In this document: positions 53,901 to 63,751 of the stretch, one piece after another | How positions within the stretch are numbered: position 1 is the stretch's first letter | How the letters are laid out: every line of letters starts with the position of its first letter | Assembly: GCA_030141605.1 (NCBI GenBank) | Contig: JAQGDQ010000004.1 | Span: 496,001 to 560,000, forward strand | From: Tubiluchus corallicola | Lineage: Eukaryota > Animalia > Priapulida | DNA: 64,000 bases | Reading direction: 5' to 3' | Translations under genes and position numbers: made by a program | The notes under the pieces: model-generated | The model's database searches: none | Told to the model about the DNA's origin: nothing | The model's input: only the letters and a program-made list of their open reading frames with translations

Positions 53901-55498
53901 TTAGTGAAAGTAATTGTGAACCTGGATCACCTCTGTCAAGCGAAAAGAGAAGCAGCTTATCTGGCTCAAAAGAAGCTATCGAAAGTGCACATATCTTAGC
54001 TCAGCAGGCAGTGTCAAAGAGAGATTCGTTGCGAAATGTTAGTGGAAGTTTAGTCGCAGAGTCTAGCCCAGCTGCTGACACAGATGACAAAACATTAACC
54101 AGGCAGACGAGCAAGAAGACGCCAAAGATTCCATTGACAGCAGTGACAAAAGATCTAGCAAATCAATATGGCGCGCAGCCGAGTGTACCTCTTCAATCTG
54201 TGCTGGCACAGAGAAATAATTTGAAACATAAGACTGAAGAGCCAACTAGTCCAATTGCTGCCAAACCACCACCATCACCAAAATCTGTGAGAGAGCTAGA
54301 AAATGCATCACTGCAACCTTGTGGTGTACAGAGGACATCGCCACACAGGAGTGGAGTGCGACCTCGCAGTCCGCGTCCAAATTCTTTGCCACCACCACCG
54401 CCAGATATGATTGGTGCTAAAAAAGAACACTCCCCAGTATCTCCTGGCACACCCAGTTATAGTGAAACAATTCAAGTAAAGTCTATGCCACCACCTCCAA
54501 AGCGAAATGACAATACTTGTCTGACTGCAAACACAGTTAGTAATTCGCCTGTTATCATGAGAAAGCAAGTGATGAGACCATCTTCAACAAATAGTGAGAC
54601 CTTACTTTCTCCTAATCACACTGACTTTTCGCAGAGATTATCAGCTCCATTGTTACACAATAGTTCAGTAACTCCGACCCTTGTTGACATCCCCATTGGG
54701 CAGCCTTTAGTTAAACCAGAGTCCGCGCACCACTATAACTCTCATCACGTTTCACCTATGCACATCGTACAAGTGCCTTCAGATTCTGCTCATGGTGAAG
54801 CTCGACATCGAAGAAAGAAACCTCCACCACCAAAGAGAAGTGACAGTACACGACTGAGTCGTGAGCTGAAACATTCTATTGCGGCTAAACCCGAGGCGCA
54901 GGCAACTTTTCCACGTGGCTTTTTTGAAGATCTGGAGACTGTCATGCACGTTAAGCAGAGACAGTCAAATACAAGCAGTGTGCCAAGCCAACAATCTTCA
55001 CCTGATGACGGTTTCAATGCAGCAGTTGTGTCATCACCACACATATTTCATATACCACCATTAAAACATGTAGCTAAGCCTAGTCAAGACATTTCTCCAA
55101 ATGATGAAAAGGTTGAGCAATCAACAGTACAATCATCTCTACCACTTGAAATACCAAAAAACACAGAAGCAACATTAGTAACACCCTCACCTTGTTCTGA
55201 ACTTAGCAGGTCACCTCGTGATCTTCCTCCACCTCCGTGTGAAATTCATGAGGAAATCTTGGACATGGATGACTTGCCGCCCCCGCCCCCAGAATTGTTA
55301 ACTGAGGTTCCGCCCATTCAGGCCTCTGAAGCGGCCCACTGGCAATCAAAAGTTTCGATGAAGCCTCAAGTTGCCCAAAAGCCACCACCTCTTGCTGCAA
55401 AGCCTAAAATTGTTGCAGCAAAACCTGCAACCCCTGAAAAGCCCAAAGTAAAGCCAAAGCCACCTCCAAAACCTATCAGATCCCCACAGTCTCCCTAA
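14956..55498 (+). CDS. RAPH1: MRL-family Ras-associating and PH domain adaptor (lamellipodin/RIAM/Pico/MIG-10 homolog), ~1151 aa, 12 coding exons
   Basis: Exons: 14956-14957, 15696-15813, 48165-48249, 48312-48769, 49230-49322, 49968-50045, 50532-50691, 51463-51584, 52079-52297, 52552-52662, 53241-53339, 53588-55498 (3456 nt, phases consistent). Motifs: [44 protein letters not shown], an RA domain ([26 protein letters not shown]), a PH domain ([34 protein letters not shown]) and LPPPP motifs. Probably co-orthologous to vertebrate RAPH1 and APBB1IP. Confidence 0.9.
15696..15813 (+). CDS. RAPH1: MRL exon 2: acidic N-terminus + first talin-binding-like helix
   Basis: Encodes (M)[39 protein letters not shown], resembling the lamellipodin/RIAM N-terminus (DLDKMFGAWLGELDKL); TAG acceptor, GTAAGA donor, phase 0. 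Confidence 0.8.
17821..18391. mobile_element. Degenerate hAT-like MITE
   Basis: Ends CATGACATTCCAACTT.. and ..AAATCAGGAGAGTTCCAGTGTCTTG are imperfectly complementary; the internal GGGGGTTCTGAGGG..GTAAACTCACCGAGTGGAGTCCAGGG block is typical of non-autonomous hAT elements. Confidence 0.35.
25061..25173. repeat. Inverted repeat with 30-bp arms (29/30) and a 53-nt spacer
   Basis: CACCAGTTTACATTAAAAATCACAACAGTA (25061-25090) versus TACTGTTGTTATTTTTAATGTAAACTGGTG (25144-25173). Confidence 0.85.
25858..26320. mobile_element. Tc1/mariner-type MITE with long TIRs and TA target-site duplication
   Basis: TA|CAGGGTTGTCCAAAAATACTGATCCCCAAA ... TTTGGGGGAGTGTTTTTTCTGAACGACTCTG|TA; arms align over roughly 160-200 nt (e.g. 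TGTAGCCCCGTTTCTCCTCTT versus AAGAGAAGAAACCGGGCTACA). Confidence 0.75.
38967..39031. repeat. Hairpin-forming inverted repeat
   Basis: Perfect 15-bp arms ATTTTGAAACCAAAC (38979-38993) / GTTTGGTTTCAAAAT (39005-39019), 11-nt loop, extended by TTG/CAA and ACAATA/TATTGT. Confidence 0.8.
46436..46606. repeat. Diverged tandem duplication (~103 nt period) with TAGTCTGACTA palindrome and polypyrimidine tract
   Basis: Two units TAGTCTGACTAGACT..ATTGCAxCCAAGT.CTCTCT..CTCAAAC; a C-run follows near 46623. Confidence 0.7.
47405..47462. repeat. Perfect 29-bp tandem duplication
   Basis: AGAAAGAAAGAAGAATAATTAGTATCTTT x2. Confidence 0.9.
48165..48249 (+). CDS. RAPH1: MRL exon 3
   Basis: Encodes [28 protein letters not shown] (compare the NFSYRFS motif of lamellipodin); polyY-CAG acceptor; followed by a 62-nt intron. 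Confidence 0.75.
48312..48769 (+). CDS. RAPH1: MRL exon 4 (second helix [11 protein letters not shown] + Ser/Thr-rich linker)
   Basis: ORF 48323-48784; TACAG acceptor, GTTAGT donor. Confidence 0.88.
49230..49322 (+). CDS. RAPH1: MRL exon 5
   Basis: Encodes [31 protein letters not shown]; CAG acceptor, GTAAGT donor, phase 0/0. Confidence 0.75.
49754..49911. repeat. Diverged ~81-bp tandem duplication in an MRL intron
   Basis: Two copies of ATAATGTGAAAG..TTTGAAAT..AATCCAG..ACCCAATGATTTAATTTCTGATTA. Confidence 0.85.
49968..50045 (+). CDS. RAPH1: MRL exon 6 (coiled coil)
   Basis: Encodes [26 protein letters not shown], the MRL signature coiled coil. Confidence 0.93.
50532..50691 (+). CDS. RAPH1: MRL exon 7 (RA domain)
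   Basis: Encodes [33 protein letters not shown]. Confidence 0.94.
51463..51584 (+). CDS. RAPH1: MRL exon 8 (end of RA domain)
   Basis: Encodes [36 protein letters not shown]. Confidence 0.94.
52079..52297 (+). CDS. RAPH1: MRL exon 9 (start of PH domain)
   Basis: Encodes [45 protein letters not shown]. Confidence 0.95.
52552..52662 (+). CDS. RAPH1: MRL exon 10 (PH domain)
   Basis: Encodes [28 protein letters not shown]. Confidence 0.94.
53241..53339 (+). CDS. RAPH1: MRL exon 11 (end of PH domain)
   Basis: Encodes [33 protein letters not shown]. Confidence 0.94.
53588..55498 (+). CDS. RAPH1: MRL terminal exon (Ser/Pro-rich tail with EVH1/SH3-type ligand motifs)
   Basis: Starts FGKQLYDNW; contains [22 protein letters not shown] and PPPPKR motifs; TAA ends at 55498. 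Confidence 0.93.
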   Translation, partial: FGKQLYDNWHRLQRTITSDITSQSSGSSVSLPTVNGTAKNITHVVDFTRIMPQGTDSQSSLSRGTRSSHSSLSTRSSARSLADNVQLELCSKQDNYDEVKKRISFSESNCEPGSPLSSEKRSSLSGSKEAIESAHILAQQAVSKRDSLRNVSGSLVAESSPAADTDDKTLTRQTSKKTPKIPLTAVTKDLANQYGAQPSVPLQSVLAQRNNLKHKTEEPTSPIAAKPPPSPKSVRELENASLQPCGVQRTSPHRSGVRPRSPRPNSLPPPPPDMIGAKKEHSPVSPGTPSYSETIQVKSMPPPPKRNDNTCLTANTVSNSPVIMRKQVMRPSSTNSETLLSPNHTDFSQRLSAPLLHNSSVTPTLVDIPIGQPLVKPESAHHYNSHHVSPMHIVQVPSDSAHGEARHRRKKPPPPKRSDSTRLSRELKHSIAAKPEAQATFPRGFFEDLETVMHVKQRQSNTSSVPSQQSSPDDGFNAAVVSSPHIFHIPPLKHVAKPSQDISPNDEKVEQSTVQSSLPLEIPKNTEATLVTPSPCSELSRSPRDLPPPPCEIHEEILDMDDLPPPPPELLTEVPPIQASEAAHWQSKVSMKPQVAQKPPPLAAKPKIVAAKPATPEKPKVKPKPPPKPIRSPQSP

Positions 55499-56892
55499 AT
55501 TTTTAAACAAATTGTATAGATTATGAGCTAAGTCAACCTTAGAGTGTTATACTGGTGATACGTGTACATATTGTTTTTCTTTTACAAAGCTGTATTAGAG
55601 TCTGTGCATTTACTAGGTATAGAAGCTTCCATTGCGAACTGTTGTTTGTAGATCAAATAGCATTACAGTTAAATTATAATTGCCTGAATCCTGGTGCACT
55701 GTAACTGTTCTTGTTTTTTTTGTTTATCAGTAAACCCGTGTTAATATTCTTTTTTGTCAAAACATCGTCTGAATTTATGATAAAAATGATGTTTATAAAG
55801 TTATTTCCGACGTAAAGGGTATTGTGTTTTTTGGTAGTATTTTTTGGAGAAATCTGTAATTATCGTTTTTTTACGCTTTTCTCTTGATCGACGGACATTG
55901 CCAATGTAGTCAAAATAAAATGTAAAAAATGATCTAAATAAAATTACATGCAAACATCAGAAAAATTTGCCCCTTCAACTTTTTATTAAACAAGTAATAC
56001 AGTTGAACGTCATTATAATCCCTCCCTACAATGCCAATCTGACTTAACACCCAGATTTTTGGCAAAACAAAATGTCTATATTTGCATAGACATGAGTGTA
56101 TTAATGAACCTTGTTGTAATGCCAAACTCACTTTAACTTTTTCTGGAGTACCAAAGTAGGGGGTTTGAGTGTATTGTTTCTTGGTATGTGCTTCGTAACA
56201 CATGTAAACCTAGAATAAGAGAGTACTGCTCATGTCACTGAAGTTGTACATTTGTACAAAGACAAGTTTTTTGTTTCTATGCAAATCAGTATTCAAGAGA
56301 TTTTCGCTTCTTCAATGCTTTATACGTACAAGCAGATTCAGTGTTTTGTTTTTTGCTACTCGCAACATTGTTAAGTTGTTATAATGTACAAGTTGCACTG
56401 GTAAACCTTACCACCAAGAAAATCGGGTATTCAGTTTTGGTTTTTCTGATGTTGTACAAGATTTGAATATTTTATAGTATTATGAGTAAACCTATACAAT
56501 CTTGATGTACTAAGCAATTCACTTTTCATTTGTTGCTTTAAATAAAAATACAATAACTTCCATTGAATTGTTGTTTTTTCCAAACAATCATGAAAGCTTA
56601 TGTAAGGAAATAAAATGCTCAAGTGTTTAATGAAATACATTGGCTTTTTTAATCACCTTTATCAAAAACTTTTGGAAAACCGAGAGATGAACTTGCATAT
56701 TTGTTCATTTGTTAATTATTTGTGAGCTTGCCAAACAAACCACGATTTAATTTTTGTGTTACAGCTTGTTTATTTTCAATTGGCTTTTACAATATTTGTG
56801 ATTGTATAGCTAACACTACTCGCCATAATGTAACTATGCAGTTGAAATAATTTTGATACGTATAATTTATAATTTAGCTAGGCGTGACGAAA

Positions 56893-56898
56893 AATAAA
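56893..56898 (+). terminator. Candidate poly(A) signal of the MRL gene
   Basis: AATAAA about 1.4 kb after the stop, followed by G/T-rich sequence; a proximal AATAAA also occurs near 55914. Confidence 0.45.
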
Positions 56899-57060
56899 GA
56901 TTTTGTGTAGAGAAACAGTATTGGTTTAGCTTTTGTCTTTGCCTGACACCACTTCAAAGAAAACAATTTGCAATGTTTTTTTAATTGTATAATCTAAATA
57001 CAGTCCTGCATTAAGACCTGAACATGTCGACAGCAAGGGTAATTCTATTGTAAGGAATAT

Positions 57061-57066
57061 TTTATT
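57061..57066 (-). terminator. Candidate poly(A) signal of the coiled-coil gene
   Basis: TTTATT on + (AATAAA on -) about 760 nt past the stop at 57827. Confidence 0.4.
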
Positions 57067-57826
57067 ATTATAAACTTTGTTTAGATGTCATTAAAGAGAA
57101 ATTATCTATATACTGTTCATGGTATTGGCATATATCCACGTTCACTCGTCAAAATCGATTAATTTCAGTTTTCAGGATGTTCCACAATTGAACTAAAATA
57201 GTTAGGTTAAAGATGAAACATGTATTTGAAGTCATGTGTAGGGCTTGAATTGGGCACTTGGGAATTGTTTAAAATTCTGCATCAAGACTCCAATGGACCA
57301 ACACTCCCTTTAATACCACAGGTTAGGCCTAAGAGGTTCACAGACGCAAAACACTAAATTCTCATCTTATGGCCTCATTCTTATCCCTTTGAAGAAATGT
57401 CATTATCTTAGCTAAGGCATGTTAGAGAATAAGTACCTAGATCTTTCAATGTTGAAGTCGAATGTTAAAATAACTATGACACAAGTTTCGCTTTTTTCTC
57501 TTAATGCTCCTTGTTCTTCAGAAAAATATGCAACTTGCATATTTTCTAGCTTAATAGAACTGTTATTATGTTGCTTAATACAAAAAGATAAATACATTAA
57601 ACTATAGGTACACTACTTTTGTAAAGTAAAAATTGTACAAAAGCAAAATCATTGATTCAATAATTATATCAAGTTCTAACTTACAAATTTTTACTATAAA
57701 CAGTAATAATACATGATACATAGAAAAAACAACAATAAATCATTTTCAAATAAGTATAAAAACAACTGCTAAACTTAGACCTACAATATGCAAATAACAT
57801 CAAGTTTGATTTACTCTGATTTCAGT

Positions 57827-60800
57827 TCAAGCAATTTCTGATGCCTCTTTCTCTTGCTTTTCATCTTCTTCCTTTGCCAAAGCTTCTGCAATAACTGTAA
57901 AACAAATATTTTGTAAATGCAGTAAGAAACAATAAAAATAGTTACCATACACATTTGAACAAAAACAATTTTTTGCTGAAGGAAGACAATATTGAAATAA
58001 TTTTGACATTAAGGTTAGTAAACAGAATCCACGATCAACACTGGTTATCACATTTTTACCTTGGGAGAGGAATCCTACTTTATATACCTTTATCTCGGGA
58101 TCTTTTCTTTAATTACGGGTAAGTGCAAAGTAATACTTTTACCTTTATACTTTTCTACACGTTACTGAAAGTGATTACTACATGCATTAAACAAGATTAA
58201 ACATGCAAATTTACCCCATTCCTGGCCTCTACTGTTGCACAAATGAAAGGCCATACAGATCGATGTGCATAACAGATGTGTAACAAATTCGGAAAACTTA
58301 CGTTCTTTATCTTTAGTCATTTGTTGTTTCAAGTAGCTAATTTGTTCACACTCCGCCTCTCTCTGCTGCAATAATGTATCAATGTCTGATTTCATTTTAT
58401 CTAATGACTTGTATAGGCTTCCAAGTTTAGCCAGCCTCTGTGCCAATTCTGAAAGACAAACAAAATAAAGCTTTCTCAGAATAAAGTAATACAGACACAA
58501 ATACACAATTTAGCCAAGAGTAATTACTAATTACTAACTATGACATAATCTTGTAGACACAAAGTTATCAAACATTTGAAATACATTCAAAATGTCAAAG
58601 TTACACTTGTCTGCTCATACATCGAGTGAGTTACAACTCCTACCACTTTATAATTCTTTTCAAGTTGTGCTATAATTAATTTTCATTAATTTAGAAAGTA
58701 ATTTTCGGCAATGCGACGCTAATAAATAAATGTATAGCCAAAATTTCACACCTACCTTCTTTGTTTGTGGCTGATTTACCCTGTAAAGCTTGTAAAGATT
58801 CTTCAATAATGTCAAATTGTTCTGCAAAACGATGCAAAATCAATAAAATTCATAAAGTGTCAAGCACACTTGACAAAGATTATTTATCTAAACTTATTAT
58901 TGACAAGTGCATTTATTTATTCTTTCTTTCAGGCCATACCATCATTACCAGAATTACCATATCATCATAATTCTTATCATTGCTATATAAACTTTGACAC
59001 ATATTTTAAATTTGCATAGCAAGATAGCACACTGGCTTGGTCCATTATTACTAATCCAGAAAGAGTCAATGATCAGTAATAAATCGAAGGGAACAATTCC
59101 AAAATATACAAGGCACTCTTACCTCATTCTGTTTCTACTGGGCACATGAGGCAGTTGTTTTAAAATTAATACACATTATTGCAAAAATACCATTTTTGTT
59201 ATTCATTAATTGGTTATGCAGTTTTCTCTTTTCCACCATTTGTTTTTCCATTTCATCCAGTTGTTGTAACATCTCATCTGTAACTGTAAATGCACAGCAA
59301 ATCTTTATATTGCAATTCGAACTGTGAGGTAACTGCATGAAACGTGTCCCCGGGAGATTGGAGATTTCCCACTAATTTACTTTTACATTATAAGTGAATT
59401 GTCATTATGCAATTTGTGGATTAATACTGAAGACAATTCTCGAATTCAACTTTTATTAATAGTTCATATGATAGCCAACAGTGAGACTTCGTAAACTTAA
59501 AAAATTCCTTAACTTCAAATTGAAAATTCATTTTAGTAGCTTTGGTTGCAATCTATTCTCATAACAACTACAGCAGAATTCACATTGGTTGCTCAAGCAT
59601 GCTGCCCGAAAATTGCTATATGCTTGGCTTATAGGCACAACAGTTGACTGGATGGCTTGTACAACTTGCAACTGCAATTGCCGTCCTTCATTTGAAGTAA
59701 ACTGTAACTGTGCTTTGAATAAAAGTAGTTTTGTATGTTAAATCACCATCATATAGTTTATGATAAATTTATTCATCATCAGGGATTCATAAGCCCCTCC
59801 AGAACTAAGATGCCTGCAAATGCATAGTTATACTACACCTCCATCAGTGACAATCCTAATTACCAGTCAGTGTTAAGTTCTAGCCATTCAAACTGCTTAA
59901 TTAGAGTGGTAGACAAACAAACAAAAAAACTGGGCCTCATTTCAATAATGTGGATGGCAGAAATTCACAATTTCGAGAAACATGATAAGAAACATACAAA
60001 TTACACCTCAAACATCTTATAGTTTTTTAACTGCTCTAGCAGAATTAAGCCCGACTACAAAAATGGCAAGTTCGAGCTATTCCATAAACATAACCTAGTT
60101 TCAGATTTTGCTTTAAGCAGTGGAGAAAGACTTAGACAGTACATCAGCATCACGACACTACTACGATGTAACTATAACCCACCCCATTTTTTACAAAACC
60201 AAAACAATAAAGATATGGTGATCTGGTAAAATAGCTTTAACTACAATCAGAAAAAATAAATAATTAGCTATAATAAACTGCCTTTAAATTTTTTTTCTAA
60301 TACACGTAGTATAAGACCAGTAAAGACAAGTTTTGATTCTAAGGTACCACCTACATGACATTACTGCTGTGAGAAAAGAAACAAAAAATACCATCCATAT
60401 ATACATGCTGAATCTGGTAAAATGTGCTGTTTGTTTTTGCCCCTTTATCAATAATGATAACATTTATAGTAGTGTCTTACTGCTTGTGATACCCTAGGTC
60501 TCTCCTAATACAAAACTCGAGATATATTCACCGTTGTCCAAAAAAATATTCCTGGCCTCATGAATGAGTGCTAAAATTACAAGTAGAAAGTCTCAAGGCC
60601 TCATGATGTTTTTTTATAAAAATAGTACGAAAACACTAAATTTAGGTAGCATATCAAAAATTTACAAGAAATTACGTAAAATTTGCATATGTTACCTTGT
60701 ATCACAATACTACAAAGAAGCTAGTATATAAGACAAAGTCAAGGAACTCAGCATAAGCTAAAATCCGATAAAGATTATGAGTATATGTTTCTGTACCCAT

Positions 60801-60989
60801 GAAAGGTGGACTTTCTGCTACTTCTAATTCTTCTGCTTTCTCTTCAGCTGTTTCCTCACACTTAGCTTTTTCTACTTGTTCCACTTTCTGGCTTAGTTGA
60901 GAGTCATCTTTTGGCATTTCAGGTCCTTCGTCATTGTAACCCGTCTCTTTATTTTGACTCTTGTTATCAAATTGCTCTGTCTCCTCCAT
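57827..60989 (-). CDS. Uncharacterised ~201-aa acidic coiled-coil protein, 6 coding exons
   Basis: Exons (minus): 60989-60797, 60570-60532, 59283-59191, 58821-58756, 58448-58302, 57894-57827. All introns are GT-AG and phase 1; the 606-nt join is open. E/K/Q-rich heptads (LQQLDEMEKQM..ELAQRLAKLGSLYKSLDKMKSDIDTLLQQ). Family not recognised. Confidence 0.75.
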
Positions 60990-61297
60990 AGCTTGCTGCA
61001 ACAAAATGCAATTTTTATAAATCAAACGTAAACAGAATTTTTCAATCAGTTAACTTTGGTTATAAATTTTAAAAAATGGGGAAAGCTTATATGGCAACAA
61101 CAAGGGTGCACTATTAGCTTTACACAGCAATAATAATCAACCCAAAAATGAAATTAACATCTTCAAAATTCCAGAAAACAATTCGAAATGCACCCCATCA
61201 AGATTTCAATTATAAAATGCCTAATTAATCATAAACGTCCACAATGGTCATCTGATTATGATGCACTACAGTTTTTACAAATTAATCAATGATCAGT

Positions 61298-61492
61298 TGT
61301 GCAAGAATTGTACTCACCCACAGTTAGATACTACTCAAAATTTCACTATCTAATTATTAAGCTTTAACTGGAGAAGAGTTACCTGCTAGACTGTGCAAGA
61401 ATTGTACTCACCCACAGTTAGATACTACTCAAAATTTCACTATCTAATTATTAAGCTTTAACTGGAGAAGAGTTACCTGCTAGACTGTGCAA
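61298..61492. repeat. Perfect 94-bp tandem duplication covering a candidate 5'UTR exon
   Basis: Units 61298-61391 and 61392-61485 are identical, followed by a partial TGTGCAA. Confidence 0.92.
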
Positions 61493-63751
61493 AATACCAG
61501 TAACAGCTCACAGCTCACATTAGTTTCAAGCTGTTACTAACTTACTGTACGAGTGACTAAAGGCATTCAAGCATGCCGGTTGCACACCTACTCCCTTTAC
61601 AGAATAATGCCTCAGTTGCTGGTCTGAGCATGGCCCAGTAATTTCTTGAACTCATAGAATCAACACAGTGCACACAGTAAAACGTAGTCTAAGACTCGCA
61701 GACTTATAGCAGCCACTGTAGTTTCGACACACAAAAATCTAATCAATAACAGTGTCGGTAAAAGAGAGCTCATTAAAGAATCTTCAGAAACACGTGTTTT
61801 ACATGCATGGGAGGCAGGTTCAGAGCTAAAGCAATTGTTTTCTTGAAAGGTCATTCAGGACACTTTATCAGAGCATCTTTTGATAATGGGTTGTCAGCAA
61901 GCAGGGGCCAAGAAGTAAAAAATCTGTGATTTCTTGGTCCATAAACTAAGATATAATGTAATTTCTGAGATTGTTTTTACAATATTAATAATCTGCACAA
62001 TACGTTTGAAAGTGTGACATAATTTGCACACATAATAGTAAGTAAGGTAATAAGCATACTAACTTTAACAAGAGTTGATTAATTCTGCGATGGAGATAAG
62101 GCACATTACAGATATTCACCAAACAAGTAAAGTAGAATTTCAAAACACTGTACAATAGTATTTGTGATACGAGTGTGCCATCACGTAAATGATTTAAATC
62201 TGATCAACTTTAATCAATGAATTTAGACAAACTAAGACACTGGCATAATGAATCACAGAAGTAGTAACATCAATGAAATTTCCAGGCCATTTGTTTGTTA
62301 TGATGAGCAAATTTTTAATTTTGGTTAAATGTTTTCCAGCTATATCAGTTATTCTGGCCAAATGTTCTAAATTCAATCTCTAGATTCAATTTCTTCAACG
62401 TTCTGTACATTTCACACAAGATTCAACTCCTTAGTCATAAATTATTATATTTATTGATTTATTTTAAAATATAGGAATGTGTTATTTTGGTGAACATTCG
62501 AAACAAAAAGTAAATTACACTATTCCAGCCCGCTTCAGCTTTTTAACACATCACATTACCTTATATGTTACCAAAGCAGGGAAACAACCTATATTTTTGC
62601 ATACAGATCATCTCTCATTGTACTGTAAAATGGCACAGTAAAATGTGTTATTTTCTAACACAGTTAATAAGCACATATAATGCATAAAAAAGGAGCTTGC
62701 AGAAAAATAACAAAATTAAAAATAGTGACCACTCTGTCTTTCGTAAAAATTACATAGATAGAAGTTTGTTGACATATGGCCAACACGGTCGATCAAAACA
62801 ATAATAAATATTTCATATAATAGATTGCATGCATGTTTGGATAAATTTTGCCACTGCACATTGTATTACAGTGTTTTATGGCTGCATCAGACAAAACAGT
62901 TTTTCATTTTCAGTTAAAGTGTTAAAAGTAGGAACGTACTGAGAAACTGTGCTCAAAATTAAAGTTACCTGCAATGTATTGAGCAGTACAAAAAAATGAC
63001 ATTTATCTTCAACAACATTACAAACACACTAAATTGTTTTTGCCAGAACAAACATCAGTAAAAAGTAACATCTTGTTATTTGTTACAGATAAATTACTGA
63101 AGTACCGAATTACGGATCATCAATAAACAAACTGTAGTTGTTGGTACTACCTGCTTACACTGAGAAAATTAATATAAAGAAATCTTCACTTACTGGGTTC
63201 TTAATTTCAAACAGAACTTTCTTATCCTAAAATCTGACTCTTTACTTTTTTAAGTGGTTGAATTTAATTCGTAAAAGGATTTAACTTTACACAGCACACT
63301 TTTGAATAAAAGTCAATCCCAACTTAAATTTGAAACAACAGTTTGGTATTAAAATCTTACAACACTATAGAAATACATATTAAGCTATCTTCACACAAAT
63401 ACTCAATAAACTCATACTCTCACTTAATTTTTTACACAGGTATTACAAATCAAAAAATTTTACAATTAGTTCCCAGAAAACTGCATGCATTCCACATAAA
63501 ATCATGTCCGTTTTGTCACTTGCAGGCAAAACTGCATTGACTAATTCTAATTCAAATTAAGACTATCATAAACTTAATAAAGTTAATTTTGAAATCGCTC
63601 GAACACCAAGTATCTCTTCCACAGCACAGAAGTCCGTTTATATGACAAAAAATTACAAATTACGGGATACACAGTGAAAATATAAGCCACAGTAGTTTTC
63701 GACAGATATAACTAACACAGCATTAGTTTACTTTAAAAATGTTCTAAACGA

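Noticed and set aside
53503-55400. Antisense and alternative-frame ORFs over the MRL terminal exon (similarly over NFX1 exons)
   Set aside because: Shadow ORFs of real coding exons; G-rich antisense peptides simply mirror Pro codons.
60392-60413. Possible extra 22-nt micro-exon in the coiled-coil gene
   Set aside because: Length is not a multiple of three and would break the otherwise open phase-1 exon chain.
61298-61492. Tandem repeats (also 47405 and 49754) considered as CRISPR-like arrays
   Set aside because: Only two adjacent copies, no unique spacers, eukaryotic context and no cas genes.
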